NCBI GenBank assembly: GCA_030668875.1 | Contig: DAOVER010000036.1 | Coordinates: 1 to 30,051, forward strand | Length of the DNA: 30,051 nt | Origin: Candidatus Heimdallarchaeota archaeon | GTDB lineage: Archaea > Asgardarchaeota > Heimdallarchaeia > Heimdallarchaeales > Heimdallarchaeaceae | Direction of reading: 5' to 3' | In this document: positions 9,644-18,511 of the stretch, piece by piece | Position numbering within the stretch: position 1 is the stretch's first letter | Layout of the letters: each line of letters starts with the position of its first letter | Program-made: the position numbers and the translations under genes | The notes under the pieces: generated by a model | Database searches by the model: none | Told to the model about the DNA's origin: nothing | Seen by the model: only the letters and a program-made list of their open reading frames with translations

Positions 9644-10618
9644 ATGACTATGATAGAGTTGAAGGAGATTATGGATAGTCTTGGAATTTCACTTTTGGTA
9701 ATTGGTATTATTGCAATTATTGTGTTTGTAGCTTATGTAAAATATACTAGAACTAAGAAATTTAGTGACTTCAAAGACATAACTGATACTATCAAAATTA
9801 CTCCACAAAATTTATCTAAAAGAGTGGATTCTACTTCTAAAAATAAAGAAAAATCTAAGGATCTGGAATGGTTAAAAAGAGAGCTAATGGAGAACAACGA
9901 GGAGAATGTGATGCATCTATCTATGGGGTATCAGATTAAAATTCCTAAAGGACATCGATATGACCTTTTTTCTGCAATTAAATTTAAAAGAGAAAGCAGA
10001 AAAACTATCAAGGTTGTTGCTATTTTAACGAAAATCCTTCCTTCATATCTAGATATTAGACCCGCAAACACTTACTATGGCACTACAAAGGACTCTTTTT
10101 CTGTTATTGATTTAAATCGTAGTTTCAAATTTTATTCCTCTGCACCCGATATGTGGAGAGAAATTTTTGCAAATTATAAAATAAAAGATTTGCTTCAATA
10201 TAATGCTACACATATCCAACATTTTTATCTTAGAGGGGAATATATGGAATCTTTGGTCAGCTATGACCAAGCAATCATCTCTATTCTTACGCTTACAAAA
10301 TTGATACATGAAGAAATGAAAAAACTTTTTGGTGTTCTAGATTCACATGAAATTGAGAAACTTGTCTGTTTTAATTGCAAAGATCCCTTTGATCCTATGG
10401 AATCAGTATGTAACAAATGTGGTTCGTCACGTCCTAGATGCATTGTGTGTTTATTAGATTTGCATCCTTCTGATACTGAACAAGAAATTGTAATTACTCC
10501 ATGTTGTGGTGTTTATGCACACAAATCTCATATAATAGCTTGGTTAAAACAAAACCCACATTGTCCAAATTGTCATGCGAACCTAAGCCATTGGTTAGGT
10601 CAAATGCAAATTACCTGA
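9644..10618 (+). CDS. Membrane-anchored zinc-ribbon + RING-type finger protein (putative E3 ubiquitin ligase)
   Basis: Single N-terminal TM helix (LGISLLVIGIIAIIVFVAYV). C-terminal CFNC-x10-CNKC followed by CIVC...PCC...HKSH...WL...CPNC. Confidence 0.78.
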   Translation: MTMIELKEIMDSLGISLLVIGIIAIIVFVAYVKYTRTKKFSDFKDITDTIKITPQNLSKRVDSTSKNKEKSKDLEWLKRELMENNEENVMHLSMGYQIKIPKGHRYDLFSAIKFKRESRKTIKVVAILTKILPSYLDIRPANTYYGTTKDSFSVIDLNRSFKFYSSAPDMWREIFANYKIKDLLQYNATHIQHFYLRGEYMESLVSYDQAIISILTLTKLIHEEMKKLFGVLDSHEIEKLVCFNCKDPFDPMESVCNKCGSSRPRCIVCLLDLHPSDTEQEIVITPCCGVYAHKSHIIAWLKQNPHCPNCHANLSHWLGQMQIT

Positions 10619-10670
10619 TCTATTTTAGAATGGTGAAATCATAATTAATAAGGAAATGAAGTACTCCTTG

Positions 10671-11012
10671 TTAAAGATAGGGAATTATACAAAGAAAGGA
10701 TACTGTTGTATCTCCATTGTTTTTATACCCATGAACTTCATCAGGTGGAACATATAAAACGTCATTAGCTTTTACGAGATATGTTTCATTTTCTGTAATA
10801 ACTTCAATTTCTCCTGAAAGAATGTAAATCTCATGTTCTTGTTTGTGGTTATGCATACCAATTTGTCCACCAAGTTGTACCTCAAACCTTCTAAGAGCGA
10901 AATTTGGTGCACCATCCTTCTCTTTTGTTACTAACCATCTAATAGTTGTTCCTGTGGAATCATAATCCTTTAAATCAATTTCTTCAACGTCTGTGTAATG
11001 CAACCTTTTCAT
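10671..11012 (-). CDS. Cupin domain protein
   Basis: IGMHNHKQEHEIYILSGE and VPPDEVHGYKN, the two cupin metal motifs. Confidence 0.88.
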   Translation of the reverse strand: MKRLHYTDVEEIDLKDYDSTGTTIRWLVTKEKDGAPNFALRRFEVQLGGQIGMHNHKQEHEIYILSGEIEVITENETYLVKANDVLYVPPDEVHGYKNNGDTTVSFLCIIPYL

Positions 11013-11166
11013 TTTCTTAAACCTCAGTAATGTGAATTTCTATTCCAATCTATAGAAGTAATTTGATAAATATTGTCCTTCGTCGATTTTGGGAGATATG
11101 AAACTTTATTGTTGTTACAAAATCCTTATTTACAATTCCGATTAAGGATTATTAACAGATGGAGCA

Positions 11167-11961
11167 TTGAAAATGGCAGATAAATTTTGTCCTGAACATT
11201 CCCAACAATATTATAAAGAGTTTCTTAGAGAAATTAATAATTCCCTTGAATTTCGAAAGAAGATTTATGATCAAATTGGTTTGAAGGATGTTCGCAGAGT
11301 ATTAGAGGTTGGTTGTAGAAATGGTATTATTACCAAAGAACTTAGAGAACATACTGAAGCACAAATTACTGCAATTGACTCTGATCATTTGGCTATTGCT
11401 GAGGCTTCTTCTAATATTAAAGGAGTAGAGTTCTTTAGAGATACTGAAGAAAAATTATCTATGAGAGATGAATCTTTTGATATTGTAGTTTGTCACTATT
11501 TCTTCCTTTGGCGAACTAAACCTTTTGGTTTACTTATGGAATTGAAAAGAGTATGTAAAACTGGTGGTTATATTGTCGCTTTAGCAGAACCTGATTATAG
11601 TGGCTGGATCGAACATCCAAATCTGGAACTAGGAAAATATCATGAAGAAACTCTAAAAGACCAAGGGGCTAATCCATCTATAGGAAGAAGTTTGCTTTCA
11701 CTATTTTCCTCAGGAGGGCTTGAAACATCTGTTTATGTAAATGCAAGAATCTGGACTAAAGAAGAATTGGAAAATTGTATCGAAAATGAATGGAAAAATG
11801 TTCTCGATAAAGGCTTGATTTCTGAAGAAGAATACAATAATAAAATTGAAGAGGAAAAAAGACATATAGATGAGAATCTTAGGGTTATAGCTTTGCCTTT
11901 CTTCTCTGCAATTGGTAAAAAAGTTATTTTGGAAGAAGACATCATAGACCCATATGATTAA
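11167..11961 (+). CDS. Class I SAM-dependent methyltransferase
   Basis: VLEVGCRNG (motif I variant), AIDSD, DESFDIVVC, ELKRVCKTGG, EPDY. Confidence 0.8.
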   Translation: MKMADKFCPEHSQQYYKEFLREINNSLEFRKKIYDQIGLKDVRRVLEVGCRNGIITKELREHTEAQITAIDSDHLAIAEASSNIKGVEFFRDTEEKLSMRDESFDIVVCHYFFLWRTKPFGLLMELKRVCKTGGYIVALAEPDYSGWIEHPNLELGKYHEETLKDQGANPSIGRSLLSLFSSGGLETSVYVNARIWTKEELENCIENEWKNVLDKGLISEEEYNNKIEEEKRHIDENLRVIALPFFSAIGKKVILEEDIIDPYD

Positions 11962-11962
11962 C

Positions 11963-12754
11963 TCATGTTTTAGTGATTAGTATCACTAAATCCTTACTTA
12001 CTTCTTCGTTAAATTCGGATTTTTCATAATTACCAAATATGGTAAGCTCTCCCTTCAGTTTGTCAGTAAATTCTTTGAAATGATTGCTCTTTAATACATA
12101 AAATTCTGTTCTCTTTTTCTGAAGTATGAAATCGTCACTTTCCTTACTTGTTTGTTGAGCTTTGAGTACATACATTGTTATCTTCTCCTTCATTTCCTTC
12201 CACTCCATAATTCTAACAATGTACTGAATTTCTTCACTACTACCTCTAAGAATAATTGGCTTGTAGAACCACTCTGTCTCGCTTGTATGGGGCAGATAAT
12301 TAACAACTTGAAAAAGAATTTTTCCTCCAATATTCAAAAGATTATACATCTGATTTAAGATAAGGGCTCTTTTTTCTGGCGAGAAGATTGAAAATGTGTT
12401 TCCAATACAAGAGATGAAATCGAATTTTTCTCCTTCAAGAGATTCTTCTAATTTTAGCATATCTCCAACTATGAACTTAATTTTGTCTTTAGTTTTATTT
12501 TTTTTTGATAACTCTTCAGCAGCAGTGATATTCTGTTCGGAAATATCAATTCCTACTCCCTCATAACCCCATTTAGCAAACATAACTAGATGATCGCCTG
12601 TTCCGCAGGAAACATCTAGAATTCTGATTTTTGGTTTAGCTATGCCCTTTATTATCTCATTAAAAAATGGTGCTTCATATCTTAACCTAGTATCCCACTT
12701 GACTAAATCCTGATAAAGAATTTCATTTTTCCATTTGATTCCCATATTCAACAA
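11963..12754 (-). CDS. Class I SAM-dependent methyltransferase
   Basis: ILDVSCGTGDH, VGIDIS, FIVGDM, FDFISCIGNT, LLNIGGKILF. Confidence 0.85.
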   Translation of the reverse strand: MLNMGIKWKNEILYQDLVKWDTRLRYEAPFFNEIIKGIAKPKIRILDVSCGTGDHLVMFAKWGYEGVGIDISEQNITAAEELSKKNKTKDKIKFIVGDMLKLEESLEGEKFDFISCIGNTFSIFSPEKRALILNQMYNLLNIGGKILFQVVNYLPHTSETEWFYKPIILRGSSEEIQYIVRIMEWKEMKEKITMYVLKAQQTSKESDDFILQKKRTEFYVLKSNHFKEFTDKLKGELTIFGNYEKSEFNEEVSKDLVILITKT

Positions 12755-12811
12755 TATACAGAAAAACTCATTCTTCTTAATATTATTCTTTTATCAATGA
12801 ATCTTTCTTAA

Positions 12812-13738
12812 TTATATGAACTCCCATTCCTTCCAGTATGATTCCAGAACATCTACAACAGTTTCGGGCCCGTGGTATTTTATTATGTCTTCTCTGTTTA
12901 TCTTGGGTTTCTTTCTCAATAAGTTAAGAATAGCTTTTTCAGTTTCTTTAGGTTGAGGATCAATATAATGAACCATATCTTTCATCCCTTCAAAATCAAA
13001 GTATTTGTCTTCATAATATGTTCCTACTGGAACCTCACAAAGAAGTGATTCTAGAGAGACAACATTGTAAGTTTTGCCTGTCATAGGATTAACATGATCT
13101 AGTATGTAATCACAGAAATTCATAGTTTCAAGCATTTGTTCCCTTGGTATCGTTTTATTTCTAAATTCTATGTTCAAGCCCTCCTCTTCAACAATATTAT
13201 CTATAGCTTGCTGAAATTTATCAGAACCTTTGATTTTGGGAGAATGAGCGAAATGTCCAATAATGTAGTCCATACCATTATTGTCCTTGTAAACTTCCTT
13301 TTTCTCTTTTATCTCCTCAATAGGGTAAAATAGTTCTGGATCAATAGCTCTTTGGAGAAAAATGGATTCTTTACTATAATCCAGTAGTTCTCTTAAACTT
13401 ACAAATGAGGGATATTGAGGTTTAGTTGAACTTAATCTCAGATCTGATCCATTGTAATAAAAACACGTATTGGTTGCTCTAACGCATTTTGGGTACGTTC
13501 CATTAACTAATTGTATATCTGATTTTTTGAAAATTCTTCCAGCTGATATCCAGAAACCTGTCCTAACATAGTTGAATATTAGAGGACCTTGTACTGAGCC
13601 AAGTTTATAGTAGTTTTCAGGGAGATCTGAGAACTTATTAGTTTGAAGAAAGAATTCCACTTCATACCCTCTATTCGCTAATTCGATTCCGATTCTTTTG
13701 CTAACACTTGCATAATCGCCAACTATTGTAACCTTCAA
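12812..13738 (-). CDS. GT-B fold glycosyltransferase, GT4-like
   Basis: RAIDPELFYP, HSPKIKGSD, and YNVVSLESLLCEVPVG (acidic nucleotide-sugar-binding helix typical of GT4). Confidence 0.65.
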   Translation of the reverse strand: MKVTIVGDYASVSKRIGIELANRGYEVEFFLQTNKFSDLPENYYKLGSVQGPLIFNYVRTGFWISAGRIFKKSDIQLVNGTYPKCVRATNTCFYYNGSDLRLSSTKPQYPSFVSLRELLDYSKESIFLQRAIDPELFYPIEEIKEKKEVYKDNNGMDYIIGHFAHSPKIKGSDKFQQAIDNIVEEEGLNIEFRNKTIPREQMLETMNFCDYILDHVNPMTGKTYNVVSLESLLCEVPVGTYYEDKYFDFEGMKDMVHYIDPQPKETEKAILNLLRKKPKINREDIIKYHGPETVVDVLESYWKEWEFI

Positions 13739-13946
13739 TTAAATCAATATATTGACGAAATATCTGTATATAAATTGTTGCACAATCATTAGTAATTAAG
13801 CATCAAAGGAAAACAGAAACTATTATCAAAAGTACTTGTTTTTGGTGTCTCGATAGTTATTCAAGAAATGTGAAAAGCGGAAAACAACCTATTTAAGTTT
13901 AGAAAAAAACTCAGAAGGACTCCTCATTGACAAGCTCTTGTAATGC

Positions 13947-14495
13947 TTACAAAGTATATGATTTTAATTTATCCATTTCTTCGTGCATTAAATTTTTGGC
14001 TTCATAGATGTTGTTATTTAATCGTAGAGCATTTTTGAAACAGTTTATAGCTTTATCCCCTGTATACATTTTACCTAGCTTTAACCAATCTTCAGAAGAT
14101 TGTGGTTTCTTACCTTCAATAATATATTGAAGACACTCACAAGGTTTACCAAATTCAACAAAAACCATTTCTTGATCAATAATAGATGTTGAAATTGCTG
14201 GCAAAATTTCAGAGAAGAAATTACTTTGATATTGAGGATGTTGATACTTATTTGAAACTAACCAGATCCATCTTGGAGGATCTACAGTCGAAAGAAGTAC
14301 ATGCGATTTATGTTCTATCTTAGTCTTACATCTTGGGCAATATGAGAAGTTAAATTTTCCTTCCATTATCTCTTTCAAACATTTCGAGTCTTCAGAAATA
14401 TCGATTGACTCGCAAACTCTTTTTTTCACTTTAGTTCCACAATTGGAACATGTAATTTCCTTTAAAGGCAAATTGAACCCCTTACCTATTCTCAA
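13947..14495 (-). CDS. CpXC-domain zinc-binding protein with a C-terminal TPR-like repeat
   Basis: ITCSNCG...ESID...EIMEGKFNFSYCPRC follows the CpXC pattern. The end EDWLKLGKMY...AINCFKNALRLN is TPR-like. Confidence 0.65.
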   Translation of the reverse strand: MRIGKGFNLPLKEITCSNCGTKVKKRVCESIDISEDSKCLKEIMEGKFNFSYCPRCKTKIEHKSHVLLSTVDPPRWIWLVSNKYQHPQYQSNFFSEILPAISTSIIDQEMVFVEFGKPCECLQYIIEGKKPQSSEDWLKLGKMYTGDKAINCFKNALRLNNNIYEAKNLMHEEMDKLKSYTL

Positions 14496-14516
14496 ACTAG
14501 CAGGTTCACGGCATAG

Positions 14517-14524
14517 TTTATAAA
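14517..14524. promoter_or_regulatory. Palindromic TATA-box candidate (TTTATAAA) between divergent genes
   Basis: Lies 22 nt from the minus-strand start at 14495 and 25 nt from the plus-strand ATG at 14549, which is archaeal leaderless spacing on both strands. Confidence 0.45.
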
Positions 14525-14536
14525 TGCTGTCATTAA

Positions 14537-15046
14537 ATGATGAGTAGAATGGGAAAGCAGAAGACCGCTAAACGACTTCTAGCAAGCAATATACTAATCT
14601 CTCTCCTCGGTTTTTTAGATGCGTTGTATCTCTTGTATTTTGATTGCTTCCCAGAAGAGATCTTTTGTCCTATTGAAGGGGGTGCATTTCAGTGCGCAAT
14701 AGTTCATGAGAGTGACTATTCAAAGCTTTTTGGAGTAATTCCTGTTAGTTTATTGGGAACTCTTTTCTTTATCGCAGTAATTATCTTACTCTTCCTTTCC
14801 GTTAGTGATAGAAATCCATATTGGCTAGGTTTTTTCTTGCCACTTGCAGGATTAGCAGGAACGGGATTTTCAATCTACTTAACAGTTATAGAAATATTTG
14901 TTATAAAATATTATTGCGAATTCTGTTTATTTTCTGCACTCTCTACTTTAGCGATTTTTGTTCTGGTTATTATAACAAAAAAAATGCGTCAAGGATCAAT
15001 TTTTACAAATTTAGAATTTTGGAAAATGTTCAAGAAATCTGAGTAA
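14537..15046 (+). CDS. Vitamin K epoxide reductase (VKOR) family membrane protein
   Basis: LLGFLDALYL, loop cysteines FCPIEGGAFQCAIV..SDYSKLFGVIPVSLLG, active-site YYCEFC, four TM helices. Confidence 0.88.
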   Translation: MMSRMGKQKTAKRLLASNILISLLGFLDALYLLYFDCFPEEIFCPIEGGAFQCAIVHESDYSKLFGVIPVSLLGTLFFIAVIILLFLSVSDRNPYWLGFFLPLAGLAGTGFSIYLTVIEIFVIKYYCEFCLFSALSTLAIFVLVIITKKMRQGSIFTNLEFWKMFKKSE

Positions 15047-15076
15047 TTTCTTTTTCTTTCTTCTTTTCTGTTTTTC
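15047..15076 (+). terminator. Pyrimidine/oligo-T tract, putative archaeal terminator
   Basis: tttctttttctttcttcttttctgtttttc immediately follows the VKOR stop codon. Confidence 0.45.
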
Positions 15077-15116
15077 AAACAAACTTAAAAAACCTAAATA
15101 GCAACTACTACCTAGC

Positions 15117-16520
15117 ATGCAAATTATAAACAGTATTGATTATTCTAAATTAAATCGTAAGAACAGACTTTCTGGTACTGCAAGTGAGTTATCCCCTGAA
15201 GTTGCTTCAACCTTAGGTGCTATTCTAGGGTGCTATTTGGGTGGTGAAGATGCTGTTGTTATTTCCGCTCGAGATTTTAGAAAAGATACTAGAATGATAA
15301 GTCGAGCTTTTAATGCAGGACTTATTAGTGTTGGAACAACTGTTTTTGAATTACATGCAAGTTCCTTACCAGTCCTCCAATTTGCTCTTCGTAGATTTAG
15401 TGCTCATGCAGGAGTTCATTTCGCTTCAGCACATAGGTCTCCAGAGAAAATCAATATCCGTGTTTTTGATCAAACAAGCATAGAATTACAATTTTCTGAT
15501 GTTTTTTCTGATGAGAAGATAAAAAGGATGGAAATAGTTCGTTCTAAACCTGAAAAAATAGCAGATATTCTTTCCGTGAAGCAGGCTAATGATTTATATC
15601 GAGCAGCTTTAAGCTCAGCTCTTGGTAAAGACATCCTTAAGGAGAGGAATTTTTCAATTGTTCTAGATTGTGCACTAGGTCCAATGAGTGAAGTTTTTCC
15701 AAATATTTTAGCAGAAATAGGCTGTAACGTTTTAACTCTAAATGCGTTCAAACCGGAAGGTATACCAGAATCTCTCCCTAGTCCAAACTCACTGTCAATT
15801 TTATCTAGAACCGTAGTTGCAGCGAAAGCTGACCTCGGAATAGCTTTTGATCCTAGTGGTTCCAGAGTAATATTTTTTGATGAGAATGGCAAAATTATAG
15901 ATACCCAGAAAATAGCAGCAATTTTAATTCAGAACAAGATGATTGGAAGAGATAAAGGTACAGTTGTTCTCTCTGAAACAATGTGGCCATTAGAAGAATG
16001 GTTACAGAAAAATAATGTTTCAACAATATATGCACATGATTCTCCTGGAGAAACTTCAAGAGCAATGCAATTTCATAGAGCTCTTTTTGGTGCAACTGCT
16101 CAAGGAAATTATATTCATCCCACTATATCCAATGAATCAGAACCATTCGCCTCAACTCTATATTTGCTTTCTTCTTTTGCTCGAGATGATAATCACAAGT
16201 ACATCTCTACTTTCATAGAACAATGGGATGTTCTTAATAAAGAAATATCTGAAGAAAAAAATTATAATCTCCTCTCAAAAGCTGCTGGGTTCTTTGAAGA
16301 AATATATGAGAAATATACAGAAAACAAAATTGTTAATACTCTTTATGGTTTAAAAATAGTCTTTGAAGAAAGAAAAAGTAGCCATATCTTTACTACAATA
16401 ATTCCAGATCGAGTGACGATTAGAGTATGTGCTGAAAAGCCTGAAGATAGAGAAGAAATAATGAGAAAGACTCTCGAAATAGTAGAATTTGTTGATCGTG
16501 ACATATATGAAAAGAAGTAA
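15117..16520 (+). CDS. Alpha-D-phosphohexomutase (PGM/PMM) superfamily protein, catalytic motifs degenerate
   Basis: Fold motifs are present: LSPEVASTLG, VISARDFRKDTRMISRAFNAGLISVG, IVLDCALGP, ADLGIAFD. The catalytic motifs read ASAHRSP, DPSGSR and GATAQG, and there is no RxSGTEP. Confidence 0.8.
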   Translation: MQIINSIDYSKLNRKNRLSGTASELSPEVASTLGAILGCYLGGEDAVVISARDFRKDTRMISRAFNAGLISVGTTVFELHASSLPVLQFALRRFSAHAGVHFASAHRSPEKINIRVFDQTSIELQFSDVFSDEKIKRMEIVRSKPEKIADILSVKQANDLYRAALSSALGKDILKERNFSIVLDCALGPMSEVFPNILAEIGCNVLTLNAFKPEGIPESLPSPNSLSILSRTVVAAKADLGIAFDPSGSRVIFFDENGKIIDTQKIAAILIQNKMIGRDKGTVVLSETMWPLEEWLQKNNVSTIYAHDSPGETSRAMQFHRALFGATAQGNYIHPTISNESEPFASTLYLLSSFARDDNHKYISTFIEQWDVLNKEISEEKNYNLLSKAAGFFEEIYEKYTENKIVNTLYGLKIVFEERKSSHIFTTIIPDRVTIRVCAEKPEDREEIMRKTLEIVEFVDRDIYEKK

Positions 16521-16718
16521 GAAAGGAATAGAGAAAAACAGTTCTATTGTTTGAAATGTGGGAAGAAAATAGGCTGAAAAGAGAATTATTGTTCAGAATG
16601 TGGTATGGCTTTTGTTCTAAGAAGCTGCTATCCACACACCATGTTATATGAGAGACCTGTTAGGAGATATTTAATCAAGAAATTGTTGAAAGAGTTGATT
16701 TTTAGGACTTGTATATGA
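16507..16718 (+). pseudogene. Disrupted zinc-ribbon gene remnant
   Basis: QFYCLKCGKKIG*KENYCSECGMAF with in-frame TGA at 16575-16577 and no in-frame start. ATG 16507 joins this frame only through a frameshift in the A-run near 16534-16538. Confidence 0.45.
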
Positions 16719-16927
16719 AATAAAGAATTTAAACGATAAATATAAGACCATTTTGTAATTCTATTTGATTGATCATTCGTAATAATTGTATGGGTTAAAT
16801 TACTATGCTGGAAATCATCTCTCCAATTAACACTATAACAAGATTGTACAGCAACAGTTAGATTATTACAAATAATATTCTTTGGAAATTTCTTTACAGA
16901 GGACAACAATTAACTAACAAAAAGCAT

Positions 16928-17185
16928 TTGATGGTAGCTTGTGAGTGGAGCGAAAGTGCATGGCATGAGCTAGAAGCTTATAATCCTAGTTGGCCATTAG
17001 ATATAAGAATGAATAATAGGAATAGTCTTTTTCTACGAAAAATGTGTCAAAGTTTCTACAATGATTATTCTAATACCGACACAGCTTTTGATGCTGCTTA
17101 TGATTACGTTATAGCTCATTATAATCAACATCCAATGGATTTCAACAATTTGCAGACAACGCTTTACCTATATCATCAACCATAA
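16928..17185 (+). pseudogene. Gene fragment, possibly the C-terminal part of a caspase/C14-like protease
   Basis: LMVACEWSESAW...SLFL...DTAFDAAYDYV...QHPMDF...LYL resembles my recollection of archaeal caspase-like C-termini. Upstream frames are broken by stops and no His/Cys dyad is present. Confidence 0.3.
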
Positions 17186-17204
17186 TTAAATAGGAAGTTC
17201 AATA

Positions 17205-18059
17205 ATGAAAAAGAAAAAAACATCTCTCATTTGCTTGTTCTTGGTCTTATTTGTTTCTTTCTTTGTTCCTAATATAGAATTAGTAAATAGCACTGATATT
17301 ACACCTATTTATTCTTTAATTTCGATAGAACTAAATGGATTGACAAAAGAGGATCTTGCTGCCCAACTTTTAATTTTCAATGAAACCAGTCAAACTTATG
17401 AGAAGAATGAAATACTAAAAAATAGAATTATTGAGGATTTGAACTGGTTAGCCCATCAAATCTCTGGTTTAGATGACATTTTAGTTTATAATTTTAATGA
17501 TACTGTGTTACCTGGTAAAGTAGACTTCTTGTTAGCAAATGTCTCTCATGCTGATAAAAGCGTGTATGAACAACTATCTAACATGATTGACTCTGACACT
17601 AATCGTTGGTGGTACGTAGAAGCAATAGTTCCTTCAATTATCCCTCCAGATGGATCTAATTCTGGTTATGCTTTTGCAAATCAAGCTCCGCTTGATCTCA
17701 CAGCATTTCGTACATTTAATGAAAGCTATTCTACAGATTATGAGACCATTTTAGACTTCCGATCAAAGGATGGGATTATGGCATCAAAATTCATAAATGA
17801 TGGAGAAAAATGGATAGAAAATAACGAATTTCATGAAATTCTTGTTTCTAGCCTTCTCTCGCTAAAAAACATGATATTTGAAATTGATAATCTTAGCATG
17901 ATTTGGCCAGAATCGAATTGGCCAGAATCAACTTGGTCTGGGAAAGCTCTTCCTCTACTTAATCTTTCAGAACCACTAGTTTTTAATGAAACATATAATT
18001 ATGTTTTAGAATTTAGATATTTAGGGCAGATTAATATAAATATCTATTATAATTGCTAA
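17205..18059 (+). CDS. Secreted hypothetical protein
   Basis: MKKKKTSLICLFLVLFVSFFV signal-like N-terminus; 284-aa ORF with no recognised domain. Confidence 0.7.
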   Translation: MKKKKTSLICLFLVLFVSFFVPNIELVNSTDITPIYSLISIELNGLTKEDLAAQLLIFNETSQTYEKNEILKNRIIEDLNWLAHQISGLDDILVYNFNDTVLPGKVDFLLANVSHADKSVYEQLSNMIDSDTNRWWYVEAIVPSIIPPDGSNSGYAFANQAPLDLTAFRTFNESYSTDYETILDFRSKDGIMASKFINDGEKWIENNEFHEILVSSLLSLKNMIFEIDNLSMIWPESNWPESTWSGKALPLLNLSEPLVFNETYNYVLEFRYLGQININIYYNC

Positions 18060-18238
18060 TTTGTACAAAAATCAAGTTGATAGTTTAATCCAACAATTCA
18101 TATTTTACCAAGAAAATGAAAAATTGAAATTTAGAGGATTAAAGCATCCATTTCCTCTTAGTTAAGTTCTTTCTCACTCAAACAAGTTTTAGGACATGCC
18201 TGTATTGAAAAAAATAAAAGGTGACTAATACTAACAAT

Positions 18239-18430
18239 CTATTGTAATTCAATAGTTTTTAACCTCTTTTTTTTCCTATTTAGTATTACTACTGCAAAAA
18301 TAAACATAGGTAAACCAAGTACTAAAAATGGGAAGTCAGCATTATTACCATCATAAGCAATTCGTATGAAATTATTAACATACCAATTTCCAGCAATGAT
18401 CATGTCAAAGATTTTATGAACTGTCTTCAT
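18239..18430 (-). CDS. Small protein ending in a TM helix plus basic tail (CTERM-like)
   Basis: 63 aa; DFPFLVLGLPMFIFAVVILNRKKKR. Could be a remnant of a longer surface protein. Confidence 0.4.
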   Translation of the reverse strand: MKTVHKIFDMIIAGNWYVNNFIRIAYDGNNADFPFLVLGLPMFIFAVVILNRKKKRLKTIELQ

Positions 18431-18511
18431 TTTATTTTTAGTGAGACAAGACTTATAACAAATTCACTACTTTTCAAAATATTAAAGAATAGGTCTTTTT
18501 AGTATGTACTA

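Noticed and set aside
16575-16577. In-frame TGA in a Cys-rich frame as possible selenocysteine
   Set aside because: The TGA is not at a Cys ligand position, the frame has no start codon, and I saw no SECIS-like element.
16628-16909. 93-aa minus-strand ORF
   Set aside because: No recognisable motif or typical composition; it lies in the decayed patch and is probably a chance ORF.
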